Below, in pieces: positions 47,648 through 56,936 of a stretch of DNA of 64,000 nucleotides (position 1 is the first letter of the stretch; the number at the start of each line of letters is the position of its first letter). The position numbers were made by a program, and so were the translations under genes. The notes under the pieces were generated by a model. It had not been told where the DNA came from. It made no database searches and saw only the letters and a program-made list of their open reading frames with translations. The DNA comes from Anaerolineae bacterium (lineage in GTDB: Bacteria; Chloroflexota; Anaerolineae; JAAYZQ01): the NCBI GenBank assembly GCA_034428935.1, contig DAOUHB010000003.1, forward strand, positions 974 to 64,973, read 5' to 3'.

Positions 47648-48378
47648 TGAGCAGCTTGTTTAACACTCTGTTGCGAACGGTCATCCTCGACGACTCGGCC
47701 TATCGGGAATGGCGCGAGCGCCCCAACGTCTTCCTGCGGGGCATCGTCCTCATCCTCATCGTCTCGCTCATCGCCGGCCTGGTGGGCTTTGGCATGCGCC
47801 TGGTGAGCGAGGTGCAACCGGTCGATGCCGACGAGATCCGCGAGGGCATCCGCGAGTCTTTCGAGATGCAACGGCAGTTCAATCCCGGCTTCCAGGACCC
47901 GGAGGTTTATGAAATGGCGGAGGAGATGGTGGACACGATTGTGGCCATGATCGTGGACATTGCCAACATCCGGCCGCCTCTGCCCGTGGGCGTCGCGGGC
48001 TTTTTCTCCGCCCTGGGTGCCTGGCTGACCGGCGCACTGTCGTCCATCGGCGGCTGGCTGTTCTACGGGGCCCTGGTCCTCGTTGCCGTCAATCTCCTGG
48101 GCGGCAGCGCCAAGCTACGCGATTTTTACGGGACGGTGGCCGTTTTTTCCATCCCCGGGCTGATCGGCTTGCTGGGGCCCATCCCCTGCGTGGGTGGCAT
48201 CCTGGTGTTCCTCGGCACCATCTGGGGGATCGTCATGTACGTCAAGGCGACCTCCGTCGCCACGGGCCTCGACATCGGCCGATCCGTCGTCGCCGTCCTG
48301 GCTCCCTTTGTGATCCTCCTATTGCTGGCGTTGGCTCTCACCATCCTGTTCGTGCTGTGGATGGTGATCATCTTCTAG
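47647..48378 (+). CDS. Yip1-family multi-pass membrane protein, paralog 2
   Basis: ATG 47647 overlaps the upstream TGA. The sequence is MSSLFNTLLRTVILDDSAYREWRERPNVFLRGIVLILIVSL. Confidence 0.7.
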   Translation: MSSLFNTLLRTVILDDSAYREWRERPNVFLRGIVLILIVSLIAGLVGFGMRLVSEVQPVDADEIREGIRESFEMQRQFNPGFQDPEVYEMAEEMVDTIVAMIVDIANIRPPLPVGVAGFFSALGAWLTGALSSIGGWLFYGALVLVAVNLLGGSAKLRDFYGTVAVFSIPGLIGLLGPIPCVGGILVFLGTIWGIVMYVKATSVATGLDIGRSVVAVLAPFVILLLLALALTILFVLWMVIIF

Positions 48379-48455
48379 CCGGCCGGTTCCCATAGCCACC
48401 GGGTGGCAGCGCCGGGCAACGCCTGGCGCCGCCACCCGGTCTCTCTTTTCTCCAC

Positions 48456-48484
48456 TTGACCGCATCGTGGCTTGGTGCTATACT
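48456..48484 (+). promoter_or_regulatory. orphan promoter candidate (TTGACC-17-TGc-TATACT)
   Basis: It was counted by hand. The nearest annotated start is 340 nt downstream and has its own promoter. Confidence 0.45.
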
Positions 48485-48733
48485 TTTTCGCCCGTTGGCC
48501 GCGCAAGGATCGGAGGGCACCCATTGACGATGACGAGTTCGCCGCGGCGGTCCTCGCCTATGGCTACTCCCCCGAGTTCCAGGCTGCCTGCTACCGGGTC
48601 GCCCACGCTGCGGCCGCCCTCCTGAAGGCCTGGACGCCGCTTTTACCTCCGGCGACGCGCTATTAGGCGCAATGTCACCCGCCAATCTGTGAAATGTATC
48701 TCAAAATGTATCCTGGGCTTGTATCCCGGCACA

Positions 48734-48762
48734 TTGACAGCGGAAAGCCTCTCCGTTAAACT
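48734..48762 (+). promoter_or_regulatory. promoter candidate for the NDH-2 gene (TTGACA-17-TAAACT)
   Basis: It was counted by hand. It is preceded by three TGTATC direct repeats (48695, 48707, 48720). Confidence 0.5.
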
Positions 48763-48822
48763 GGTAGAAACCCTTTCCATCCCGCGAAACGCGCGATGGA
48801 AAGGCTGCCGAGGAAACCAACA

Positions 48823-50214
48823 ATGAACGCAACCAACGGCCAGGACCGCAACGGCAACCGTAAGAAACGGGTGCTCATCCTGGGCGCCGGCTTTGCCGGC
48901 CTCCAGACTGCCATTCACCTGGACAAAATTCGGCCCAGGGACGACGGCGTGGAGATCATTCTCGTCGACCAGAATCATTTCCATCTCTTTACGCCCATGC
49001 TGCACGAAGCGGCCAGCGGCGTCATCCAGCCGGGGCTGATCATCGCGCCTGTGCGCCGGGTGCTGCGCAACCGGCGCCCCATCTTTGTCCGCGATCGGGT
49101 GGACGCCATCGACCTGGACGAGCGGCGGGTGCGCCTCTGCCGGGGCGAGATCGACTATGACATCCTGGTCATAGCTTTGGGGTCGGTGACCAACTTTTAC
49201 GGCATTGACTCGGTCCGCCAGCGCGCCCTGGAGATCAAGAACGCGGACGATGCTGACGAGGTGCGCTGCCGCGTCGTCGAATCCTTCGAGGCGGCCACGG
49301 GCGAAGCGGACCCCGAGCGGCGCCGGGAGCTGATGACCCTGGCCGTCGTCGGCGCCGGCTGCACGGGCGTGGAAGCCGTTGCCGAGTTCCACGAGTTCCG
49401 GGAGCACCTGCTCCGCGAGCAGTTCCCCGAGCTCGACCCCCACGAGATGCGGACCGTCCTCGTCGAGGTCCAGGACCGGGTGCTGTCCACCTTTGACGAA
49501 GGCCTGGCACGGTCGGCCCACAGGCGTATGGAGAGGATGGGCATCGAGATCTTGCTGAACCATACCGTCACCGGCCTGAGCGAGCGCGGCCTGGAGTTCG
49601 CCTCTGGCCGGCCGCCGCTGCCCTCGGCGGTGGTCGTCTGGGCGGCCGGCGTCGCGGCGTCGCCCCTCGTCCAGGATCTGCCCCTGGAGAAGGACCGCAT
49701 GGGCCGCGTCGTCGTCGGGAGCGACCTGGCGGTGCCAGGGCGGCCGGGCGTCTATATCATGGGAGACGCCGCCCACGCCCGACATCCCGAGACAGACGAG
49801 GTGTACCCGCCTACGGCACAGGTGGCCTATAGGCAGGCGCCAACGGTTGCGGCCAACATCGCCGCCGACCTGAACGGGGGCGAGCACAGGCAGTTCGACT
49901 TTACATATATTGGTGACCTGGTGTCGCTGGGCAAGGGTTCCGGAGTGGCCAACCCCTATGGTTTAAGGCTGCGGGGATTGCCGGCGTGGCTTATGTGGAA
50001 GTTCTACTATCTGCTGGGCCTGGTGGGCTGGCAGAACCGCCTGCGCGTGGCTCTTAACTGGATCCTGGCCCTGCTTTTCCCAAAGAGCAGCGCGCTATCC
50101 TACGAGTGCTTCCAGGATTGTGACGAGGACGAGGCGGCAGCCGGCTCGGGGAGAATGGTCGACCCGGTTGCAGGGTCGGCGTCGGAACGGGCTTTCAGGA
50201 GCCGGCGACTCTAG
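48823..50214 (+). CDS. ndh: type II NADH dehydrogenase-like FAD/NAD(P) oxidoreductase
   Basis: It has two dinucleotide folds (VLILGAGFAGLQ and AVVGAGCTGVE). The start is at ATG 48823 or 48796. Confidence 0.85.
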   Translation: MNATNGQDRNGNRKKRVLILGAGFAGLQTAIHLDKIRPRDDGVEIILVDQNHFHLFTPMLHEAASGVIQPGLIIAPVRRVLRNRRPIFVRDRVDAIDLDERRVRLCRGEIDYDILVIALGSVTNFYGIDSVRQRALEIKNADDADEVRCRVVESFEAATGEADPERRRELMTLAVVGAGCTGVEAVAEFHEFREHLLREQFPELDPHEMRTVLVEVQDRVLSTFDEGLARSAHRRMERMGIEILLNHTVTGLSERGLEFASGRPPLPSAVVVWAAGVAASPLVQDLPLEKDRMGRVVVGSDLAVPGRPGVYIMGDAAHARHPETDEVYPPTAQVAYRQAPTVAANIAADLNGGEHRQFDFTYIGDLVSLGKGSGVANPYGLRLRGLPAWLMWKFYYLLGLVGWQNRLRVALNWILALLFPKSSALSYECFQDCDEDEAAAGSGRMVDPVAGSASERAFRSRRL

Positions 50215-50220
50215 AACGAG

Positions 50221-50293
50221 TACCCCAGGCAGGAGTCGAACCTGCGACACATGGTTTAGGAAACCACTGCTCTATCCTCTGAGCTACTGGGGC
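50221..50293 (-). tRNA. tRNA-Arg (anticodon CCT)
   Basis: The reverse complement folds as follows: acceptor GCCCCAG/CTGGGGT, D stem GCTC/GAGC, anticodon stem GTGGT/ACCAT with loop TTCCTAA, and T stem GCAGG/CCTGC with loop TTCGACT. Confidence 0.95.
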
Positions 50294-50303
50294 ATGTGGG
50301 AGT

Positions 50304-50332
50304 AGTATAGCACAGGACGGCCCGTCTCACAA
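50304..50332 (-). promoter_or_regulatory. promoter candidate for tRNA-Arg (TTGTGA-17-TGc-TATACT)
   Basis: It was read on the minus strand. The -10 ends 10 nt before the tRNA 5' end. Confidence 0.55.
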
Positions 50333-50363
50333 AATGCGGTGTCGGTTTTGGTGCGGCCTTTCC

Positions 50364-51017
50364 TCACCTCGGCGCTCTCCCCACCGGAGATGGTCTGTCG
50401 CCTGTCAGTCCGTCGAGGTGGTGCGTGTCGTTGAGCAAGGTTACCGCCGGCCCGCGCCGCTGAAATTCCAGGATGCTCAGCGAGCTGTTGCTCAGGCGAA
50501 AGGGCTGCGGCCGGCGTGGCGGTATGTTCAGGGCACAGCAGATCAGCATCGACAGCGTGCCACCGTGCGACACCAACCCCACCACCTCGTCGCCTTGGTA
50601 GCGGCCGCGCAGGTCAGCCATCAGGGATGATACGCGCCGCTGGAAGACGTCCAGGCCCTCCTCGCCCGGGAAATCTACAGGCCCGCTGCCCTGCAACTGC
50701 TGCCAGACCTCCGGAAACAGCCCCTCGACGTCAGTCCACACAACGCCGCTGAGCCGCCCGATGTCGTACTCCAGCAGCCGCTCGTCCCACGTGACGGGCA
50801 ACTCCAGAGCTGCCGCCACGATCCCGGCCGTCTCGGCAGCGCGCCGCAGCGGGCTGGCAACCAGGGCCGCCAGTTGCCAGCCCTCACGCCGGAGCCGCTC
50901 GGCCACCAGGCTGGCCTGGGCGCGGCCAAGCTCTGACAGTGACGTATCATAGTGTCCCTGCATCCGGTGCTCGGCATTGCCCATCGATTGCCCGTGACGG
51001 ATCAACAATAGCTTCAT
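50364..51017 (-). CDS. histidine phosphatase family protein (phosphoglycerate mutase/CobC-like)
   Basis: It has MKLLLIRHGQSMGN (the RHG motif) and a downstream SHGG. Confidence 0.85.
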   Translation of the reverse strand: MKLLLIRHGQSMGNAEHRMQGHYDTSLSELGRAQASLVAERLRREGWQLAALVASPLRRAAETAGIVAAALELPVTWDERLLEYDIGRLSGVVWTDVEGLFPEVWQQLQGSGPVDFPGEEGLDVFQRRVSSLMADLRGRYQGDEVVGLVSHGGTLSMLICCALNIPPRRPQPFRLSNSSLSILEFQRRGPAVTLLNDTHHLDGLTGDRPSPVGRAPR

Positions 51018-51047
51018 GGTGCTCCTGTCCTCGAGGTTTGCGCTGGA

Positions 51048-54017
51048 CTATAACAGGCTGATGGGGTCGACGTCCACCTGCCAGCCCAGGGGCAGCACCA
51101 GGTCCCGCAGCAGGGGCATCGGATCCCGGGCCCGGACCACGATCTGCCAGCGGCTGTGGCCTGCCAGGCGGCTGTAGAAGCAGGGGGCCGGGCCCACGAG
51201 GGTCGCTGCCGTGCCCAGGCGGCGGATCTCGGCCGCCAGCCAGCCCCCCATGCGCTCCGCTTCCACGCGGCAGCGATGGGCGTCGGGATCGCTATAGCGC
51301 AGGGCCACGAGGCGGCTGTAGGGGGGGTAGCCCAGGTGGCGGCGATAGGCAGTCTCCTGCTGGTAGAAACGCCGGTAGTCGTGCTGCGCCGCGGCCTGGA
51401 TGGCATAATGCTCGGGGTTGTAGGTCTGGACGATGACCTGCCCACCCCGGTGGCTGCGTCCCGCCCGGCCGGCAACCTGGGTGAGCAATTGAAAGGTTTG
51501 CTCCGCGGCCCGGTAATCGGGCAGGTTCAGCGCCGTGTCGGCCGAGACGACGCCCACGAGTGTGACCCGTGGCAGGTCGAGCCCCTTGGTGATCATCTGC
51601 GTGCCGACGAGCACGTCGGCACGGCCGGCGGCAAAGGCCTCCAGGAAGCGCGCGTGGTCGAGCCCACTGGCCGTGTCGCTGTCCCAGCGAAGCAGCCGGG
51701 CTTCGGGCCATGCCTGGCGCACCGCCTCTTCGACCCTCTCGGTGCCCAACCCAAAATAGCGAATGCGGCGCCCGCCGCAGGACGGGCAGGAGCGGGGCGG
51801 CGGCTGTCTCCGGTTGCAGTGGTGGCAGACCAGGCCCTCGACCGCCGGCCGTCTTGCCGCAACCTCCGGCTCGTCCTCGGGCGACGGGCCATGATAGGCC
51901 AGGGGCAGGTCGCAGGCCGGGCAGCGGACCACCGCGCCACAGTCGCGGCAGAGGACAAAAGTGGCGCTGCCCCGGCGGTTCAGGAAAAGCATGGCCTGCT
52001 CGCCCGCCTCCAACGTGTGCCGCAGCGCCTCTGCCAGGGCGCGGGAGAAAATGCCCCGGTTGCCGGCCCGCAGCTCCTGGCGCAGGTCGACCAGGCGTAC
52101 CGGGGGCAGAGGCGCCGTGCCGGCCGGCCCGTTCCCCCGGGACGGCAGAACGCGCTGCTTCAGCTCCAGCAGGCGGTAGGGCGCCTGCCGTTGCCCGGGC
52201 CCTGCCCCGCCGCCCGCCCGGAAATAGGTCACCAGGTCGGGCGTGGCGCTGCCCAGCACCACTGCGGCCCCGGCAATGCGCCCCAGGGCGATGGCGGCGT
52301 CGCGGGCGTGATAGCTGGGCGCCGGAATGGGGTCGTCCTGCTTGTATGACGTGTCGTGGGCCTCGTCGAGGATCACCAGTCCCAGGCGCTTGACGGGCGC
52401 AAAGAGGGCCGATCGCGGACCGATTACCACGTCGGCCTCGCCGCAGCGCACCCGGTTCCAGGCAGCGTAGCGCTGGCCCTGGCTCAGCTCGCTGTGCAGC
52501 ACCGCCACGCGCCCGGGAAAGCGTGCCTCGAAGTGCTGCACCGTTTGCGGGGTGAGGCTGATCTCGGGCACCAGTACGATGGCGCGCCGGCCGGCGGCCA
52601 GCGTAGCCTCCAGGGCCTGGAGATAGAGCTCGGTCTTGCCCGAGCCCGTCACGCCGTGGAGGAGCGCCACAAACGGTTCTTCGCCGGGCCGCCGGCGGTC
52701 CAGCTCGGGGGCGATGGCCTCCCAGGCACGCTGCTGCTCGGCTGTAAGGCGGGCGGGCCGCTCCTGTATCAGCGCCGGCCGGTCGTGCTCCTCGGCGTGC
52801 AGGCTGACGAGACCCCTCTCGGCCAGCGAGCGCAGCGTCGACAGGTCGGCCCCCGTCTCGGCATAGAGGCCACCGACCCACACCCGGCCCGGCCGGCCCC
52901 GCAGGGCATCCAGGACCGCCCGCTGCTTCTCGCCGCCCCGCAGCGCCACCACCCGGTCCAGCACCTCGGCGGGCGGCAGGGCCAGCAGCACCAAAGGCTC
53001 CTCTTGAACGCGGCAGGCCAGGCCCTTTTTCTCCAGGGCGGTGATGATGGCGGAGCGGATGCCGGTCTCGCGCAGAAAGGACCGCAGTTCTGCCGTACCG
53101 CCGCGGGCCAGGAGCGCCTCCAGGGCCTTGGCCTGCGTCGCCGCCGATCCCGCGTCGACCGGCTGTGCCCCTGCCCGGGCCGACACAACCGTTCGGCGCG
53201 GGGTCAATCGCACCCAGCTTCTCTCCGCCAGGCTATGGACCGTTGATGCGCCGCACTCGGCCAGCTCGCAGACCTGGTTCAGTGTCAGGGGCGACTCGGC
53301 GCGGCGGGCGATGATGAGCAGCGCGTCGGCCTGCTTGGAAGGGTGGCCCAGGCGGGGCACCTCCGCCTCCAGCGTCTCGTCGTCGGCCAGCACGCGGACG
53401 TATTGTACCCGCGGCGGCGCAGGCTGGGGCGGCACCAGGGTGGGCTGCACGTCCACCAGGCCCCGGTCGGCGAGGGAGGCCAGCAATCCCTCGGGATCGT
53501 CGGCCCGGATCTGGTTGAGCAGCGTGCTCTGTCGCACCCGGCCGCGGCGCCGCTGTAGCAGCCGCAGGACGTCTTCTTCTTCGGCGGTTAGCCCATCCGG
53601 CGGCTGTTGCCGCGCCGAGCGGCAGACGGTGATGAATGTACGCTCTTCGAGGCCGGGGGGCAGCGTCAGCCGCAGGGCCCGGTTCAGCGGTGCCAGGTAC
53701 TCGTAGGCAATCCAGCGGGCGAGGGCAATCTGGGCCCCGGTTACCACGGGCAGCGGATCGAGGATATTCCCCACGTCGCGGATCTCGACGTCCGGCGAGA
53801 GGCCCGGAGGCGGCTCGTCCATCAGCTCGACGATGACGCCCAGGGCGGTGCTGCCGCGCAGGGGTACCTGCACCAGGTGCCCCACGGCGGCCTCCTCTCG
53901 CAGGCCCTCGGGCAGCCGGTACGTCAGGGTTTCCGCACCGCTTCGGCCTCGCTGTGGATCGGCGCCCGGCGGTGGGCGCCGCTGGATGGGCCGGTCGACG
54001 ACGACGTTCGCGTACAC
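51048..54017 (-). CDS. priA: primosomal replication restart helicase PriA, long form
   Basis: It has LHGVTGSGKTE, VILDEAHD, Cys-rich zinc fingers (CRDCGAVVRCPACD...CHHC...CPSCG) and QVAGRAGR. The proposed GTG start at 54015-54017 overlaps the upstream TAG (TAGTG). Confidence 0.85.
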   Translation of the reverse strand: MYANVVVDRPIQRRPPPGADPQRGRSGAETLTYRLPEGLREEAAVGHLVQVPLRGSTALGVIVELMDEPPPGLSPDVEIRDVGNILDPLPVVTGAQIALARWIAYEYLAPLNRALRLTLPPGLEERTFITVCRSARQQPPDGLTAEEEDVLRLLQRRRGRVRQSTLLNQIRADDPEGLLASLADRGLVDVQPTLVPPQPAPPRVQYVRVLADDETLEAEVPRLGHPSKQADALLIIARRAESPLTLNQVCELAECGASTVHSLAERSWVRLTPRRTVVSARAGAQPVDAGSAATQAKALEALLARGGTAELRSFLRETGIRSAIITALEKKGLACRVQEEPLVLLALPPAEVLDRVVALRGGEKQRAVLDALRGRPGRVWVGGLYAETGADLSTLRSLAERGLVSLHAEEHDRPALIQERPARLTAEQQRAWEAIAPELDRRRPGEEPFVALLHGVTGSGKTELYLQALEATLAAGRRAIVLVPEISLTPQTVQHFEARFPGRVAVLHSELSQGQRYAAWNRVRCGEADVVIGPRSALFAPVKRLGLVILDEAHDTSYKQDDPIPAPSYHARDAAIALGRIAGAAVVLGSATPDLVTYFRAGGGAGPGQRQAPYRLLELKQRVLPSRGNGPAGTAPLPPVRLVDLRQELRAGNRGIFSRALAEALRHTLEAGEQAMLFLNRRGSATFVLCRDCGAVVRCPACDLPLAYHGPSPEDEPEVAARRPAVEGLVCHHCNRRQPPPRSCPSCGGRRIRYFGLGTERVEEAVRQAWPEARLLRWDSDTASGLDHARFLEAFAAGRADVLVGTQMITKGLDLPRVTLVGVVSADTALNLPDYRAAEQTFQLLTQVAGRAGRSHRGGQVIVQTYNPEHYAIQAAAQHDYRRFYQQETAYRRHLGYPPYSRLVALRYSDPDAHRCRVEAERMGGWLAAEIRRLGTAATLVGPAPCFYSRLAGHSRWQIVVRARDPMPLLRDLVLPLGWQVDVDPISLL

Positions 54018-54883
54018 TACCTGTCCCGGGCTTCCTGGTAAATGGCCGCGGCCATGTAGCCGACGCAGTACTGGCCGCGCCTGCGCTCGCCGGTCACTTC
54101 GGCCGAGTTGGTATGGTACAAGATCTGCACGGCGTCGGCGCCCAGGGCGCGGGCGGCGTGCACCACCGTGAGAATCGGCAACCGGCCACACACCGTGCTC
54201 TGGGGAGCCATGAGCCGGGCCGTGAGCGCCTGCACGTCCATGGCCGCCAGGGCCTCCCGCACGGCTGCGTCGCGGCGCGCCACCTGCTCATAGTCGTCGA
54301 TGTGGTGCAGGTCGGAGCTGGCCACGAACAACACGCGTCCTGCCTGCTCGTCGCCGCGGGCCCTGGCGATTTCGGCCAGGTGCGCGGCCAGCTCCCGGGC
54401 GACTTCCGGCTCGTCGGCGCTCATGAGGATAGGAACCAGGCGAAAGGTGCCCAGCTCTCGCTGCATGAAGGGCAGTTGGATCTCGAGGGCGTGCTCGGCG
54501 TCGCCCCGGATGCGCTTCAGGGGAACGCGCTCCGCAAGGGCCTCGATAAACTCCTGATCCAGGGCAACCTCTCCCAGGGGCGTAGCATATGCATCTTCGG
54601 CGCTCGTTGCGTAATCGCCCACCCAGGCGCGGTGGCTCGGACCCAGCAGCACGACCGTCTCGACCTTCCGCCCCGCGAGCTGGCGGTACGCATAGGCCGC
54701 CGTCTGGCCGGAGTAGGCATAGCCGGCGTGGGGCGCGATGAGCCCCAGCAGCACCCCGGGCACGGGCTGTTGCTCCACCGCCTGAAGGTAATCGTCCACG
54801 GTGCGGGCCAGGGACCGCTCGGTGCCAGGGTACCAGCTCCCGGCAATGACCGGCCGGCGAACGCTCCGTCCCGACGTGCTCAT
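54017..54883 (-). CDS. MEMO1-family protein (AmmeMemoRadiSam system protein B type)
   Basis: The sequence is RRPVIAGSWYPG...GLIAPHAGYAYSGQTAAYAY...SSDLHH. Confidence 0.85.
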   Translation of the reverse strand: MSTSGRSVRRPVIAGSWYPGTERSLARTVDDYLQAVEQQPVPGVLLGLIAPHAGYAYSGQTAAYAYRQLAGRKVETVVLLGPSHRAWVGDYATSAEDAYATPLGEVALDQEFIEALAERVPLKRIRGDAEHALEIQLPFMQRELGTFRLVPILMSADEPEVARELAAHLAEIARARGDEQAGRVLFVASSDLHHIDDYEQVARRDAAVREALAAMDVQALTARLMAPQSTVCGRLPILTVVHAARALGADAVQILYHTNSAEVTGERRRGQYCVGYMAAAIYQEARDR

Positions 54884-54998
54884 GCGTCACCTCCTCGCCC
54901 TTCCCAGGCGCAACGACTCTGGGCTTCTGTATCGCGTGGCCCTATTATAGCATACTTCCCGGGGCGCGGAAAAGGCAACCCCCACCCTTGTTCCCGCT

Positions 54999-55028
54999 TT
55001 GACAGGAGCGCTTTTCCTGTGCTACAAT
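54999..55028 (+). promoter_or_regulatory. near-consensus promoter (TTGACA-18-TGc-TACAAT) for surface protein 1
   Basis: The hexamers and spacer were counted by hand. Confidence 0.55.
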
Positions 55029-55143
55029 CGTCAGGCCCGTTCTGCTGCCATGGTTCAAAACCGGTGCGGGAATGATGCCGGAAAGCCTGTGCAAGCCCGG
55101 GCAATTTTTCTCCATGGAGGAGACCGTGAACGGCGTGGAGCAA

Positions 55144-56802
55144 ATGGCTGTCTCGCTGGCAGCCTCTCGTTCGAGATCGTTGCCCATCGTCATGGGCGTC
55201 GTTTTCTGTGCCCTTGCCGTCCTGGCCTTGATCCTGGCCGCACCTTCGCTGGCAGGTCCCCTGGCTGGACCCTCGCCCGCCGAGCCCCTCGATCTCACCA
55301 TGTCCAAAGATGCCTCTCCGGCCCGCGTGGCAAGCGGGAGTGTCGTCACCTACACCGTCGTTTTCACCAACAACACCGATCAGGTAAACACGCTGGATGC
55401 CATTACCGACACCCTCGACGCCTCCCTCTCCTTCGAGGGGGTGCTTGCCGGCAGCGACGTGCTTGTCGAGCCGGTGCCGGCGGGCGAGGGCCTCGTCTGG
55501 GAAGGGCCCCTCGACGTGCCGCCCCACGGCACGCTCACCCTGCTGTATCAGGCCCGCGCCGCCGAATCGACCGCCTGGTCGTATCCGTGCAACAGCGTGG
55601 AGGCCGCGGCCGGCGACGCTCGCCTCGGCCCCGAGGAGGCATGTGTGACGGCCGGCCCGGAAAAGATGTCTCTCTTCCTACCCCTGCTCACCAACCGCTT
55701 CCGCCTGGCCCACTTTACGCTGGCCAAAACGGCGAGCGCGGCGGTGGTCGAGCCTGGCGCGCTTGTCACGTACACCGTCACGGTCGAGAACATTGGCAGC
55801 CAGCCGGGCACCCTCGCCACGGTGGTCGACGCCTTGCCGGCGGGCTTTGCCTTTCACTCCATGGCCCCCGGCAGCGATGTGACGGCAAACCCGCTGGGCA
55901 CGAGCGGCACCATCACCTGGAGCCCGGCCGAGAGCGTGCAGCCCGGCGCCAGCCTGCAGCTCATCTATCGCGCCACGGCCAGCCAGACGCCGGGATCGTA
56001 CGCCAACCAGGTGAGCATCACCTCGAGCGATGTCCTCCATCTCGACGGACCGGCTTCGGCCGTCGTCAACGTCGGGGTCATTCCCAGCCTGGTGGATCAC
56101 TTTGAGGCCGGCATTGGCCTGTGGACACCGTTCCTGAACTACCATCGCCTGGAACCCGGGCAGTGGTACTGGGGGCCCACCGACGGCTTTGGCGGCTCGG
56201 GGGCTGCCACCCACAATTGCTGCGTCAGCCCCGACAAGGAGGCCGCCGATGCCCTGTTGATGTATTTGGGTGCCGGAGCCGAGAATTGGACTGACTACCG
56301 CGTCGAGACCAAGTTGCTTCTGCGCGGTGGCGTGGACAAGGAGCACAACTGGAGCCTCATCGACGGCGACCCCATCGGCCTCTGGGTGCGGGGGCAATAC
56401 GAGTACGAGGAGGGGGTCACTATCCGCGCCCAATGGGTCACCGGCTACTATGTCGTCGTTGCCGGCAAACCCGACAGGGACAACCTGGTCGTGCGCCTCA
56501 CCCAGATCCAGACCCTGGACGACTGTGTCGGAGACGCCTGCGAAAATCCGCAGAACCTCTACTGCTTTAACAACGTGTACGTGTTGGCCGAGACCCCGCT
56601 GTACAAGCCCTTCTATCGCGAGCAGTGGTACAAATTGGCCGTAGAAGTGCGCGGCCCGAGGACTGTTGTCTGGCTGGACGATGAAAAGGTCATCGACCAT
56701 GTCGACACCAAGGAGCCCTTCTTGAAGGGCACCGTGGGCTTCAAGACCCACGAAACCTGGACGGCCAGCTTTGACGATCTCATCGTCACGCCGCTGTACT
56801 AG
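55144..56802 (+). CDS. secreted DUF11-repeat protein with a C-terminal DUF1080/LamG-like (concanavalin-type) domain
   Basis: The signal-like N-terminus is MAVSLAASRSRSLPIVMGVVFCALAVLALILAAPSLA. Two DUF11-type repeats are present (VASGSVVTYTVVFTNN and VEPGALVTYTVTVENIG). The C-terminus is WTDYRVETKLLL...GTVGFKTHETWTASFDDLIVTPLY. The start is uncertain (55072-55144). Confidence 0.8.
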   Translation: MAVSLAASRSRSLPIVMGVVFCALAVLALILAAPSLAGPLAGPSPAEPLDLTMSKDASPARVASGSVVTYTVVFTNNTDQVNTLDAITDTLDASLSFEGVLAGSDVLVEPVPAGEGLVWEGPLDVPPHGTLTLLYQARAAESTAWSYPCNSVEAAAGDARLGPEEACVTAGPEKMSLFLPLLTNRFRLAHFTLAKTASAAVVEPGALVTYTVTVENIGSQPGTLATVVDALPAGFAFHSMAPGSDVTANPLGTSGTITWSPAESVQPGASLQLIYRATASQTPGSYANQVSITSSDVLHLDGPASAVVNVGVIPSLVDHFEAGIGLWTPFLNYHRLEPGQWYWGPTDGFGGSGAATHNCCVSPDKEAADALLMYLGAGAENWTDYRVETKLLLRGGVDKEHNWSLIDGDPIGLWVRGQYEYEEGVTIRAQWVTGYYVVVAGKPDRDNLVVRLTQIQTLDDCVGDACENPQNLYCFNNVYVLAETPLYKPFYREQWYKLAVEVRGPRTVVWLDDEKVIDHVDTKEPFLKGTVGFKTHETWTASFDDLIVTPLY

Positions 56803-56818
56803 GAGCCCGGCACACGTG

Positions 56819-56847
56819 TTGACACTGCCTGGCATCTATGTTACAAT
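56819..56847 (+). promoter_or_regulatory. consensus promoter (TTGACA-17-TGt-TACAAT) for surface protein 2
   Basis: The hexamers and spacer were counted by hand. Confidence 0.6.
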
Positions 56848-56936
56848 CGCCTGGCTTTGCCCGCCAGGCTCGCACGGCTGGCCGGACGAGGAAGCCGGCG
56901 CCATGCGATATCAGAGAGGAATGGAGGCAAACCCCG

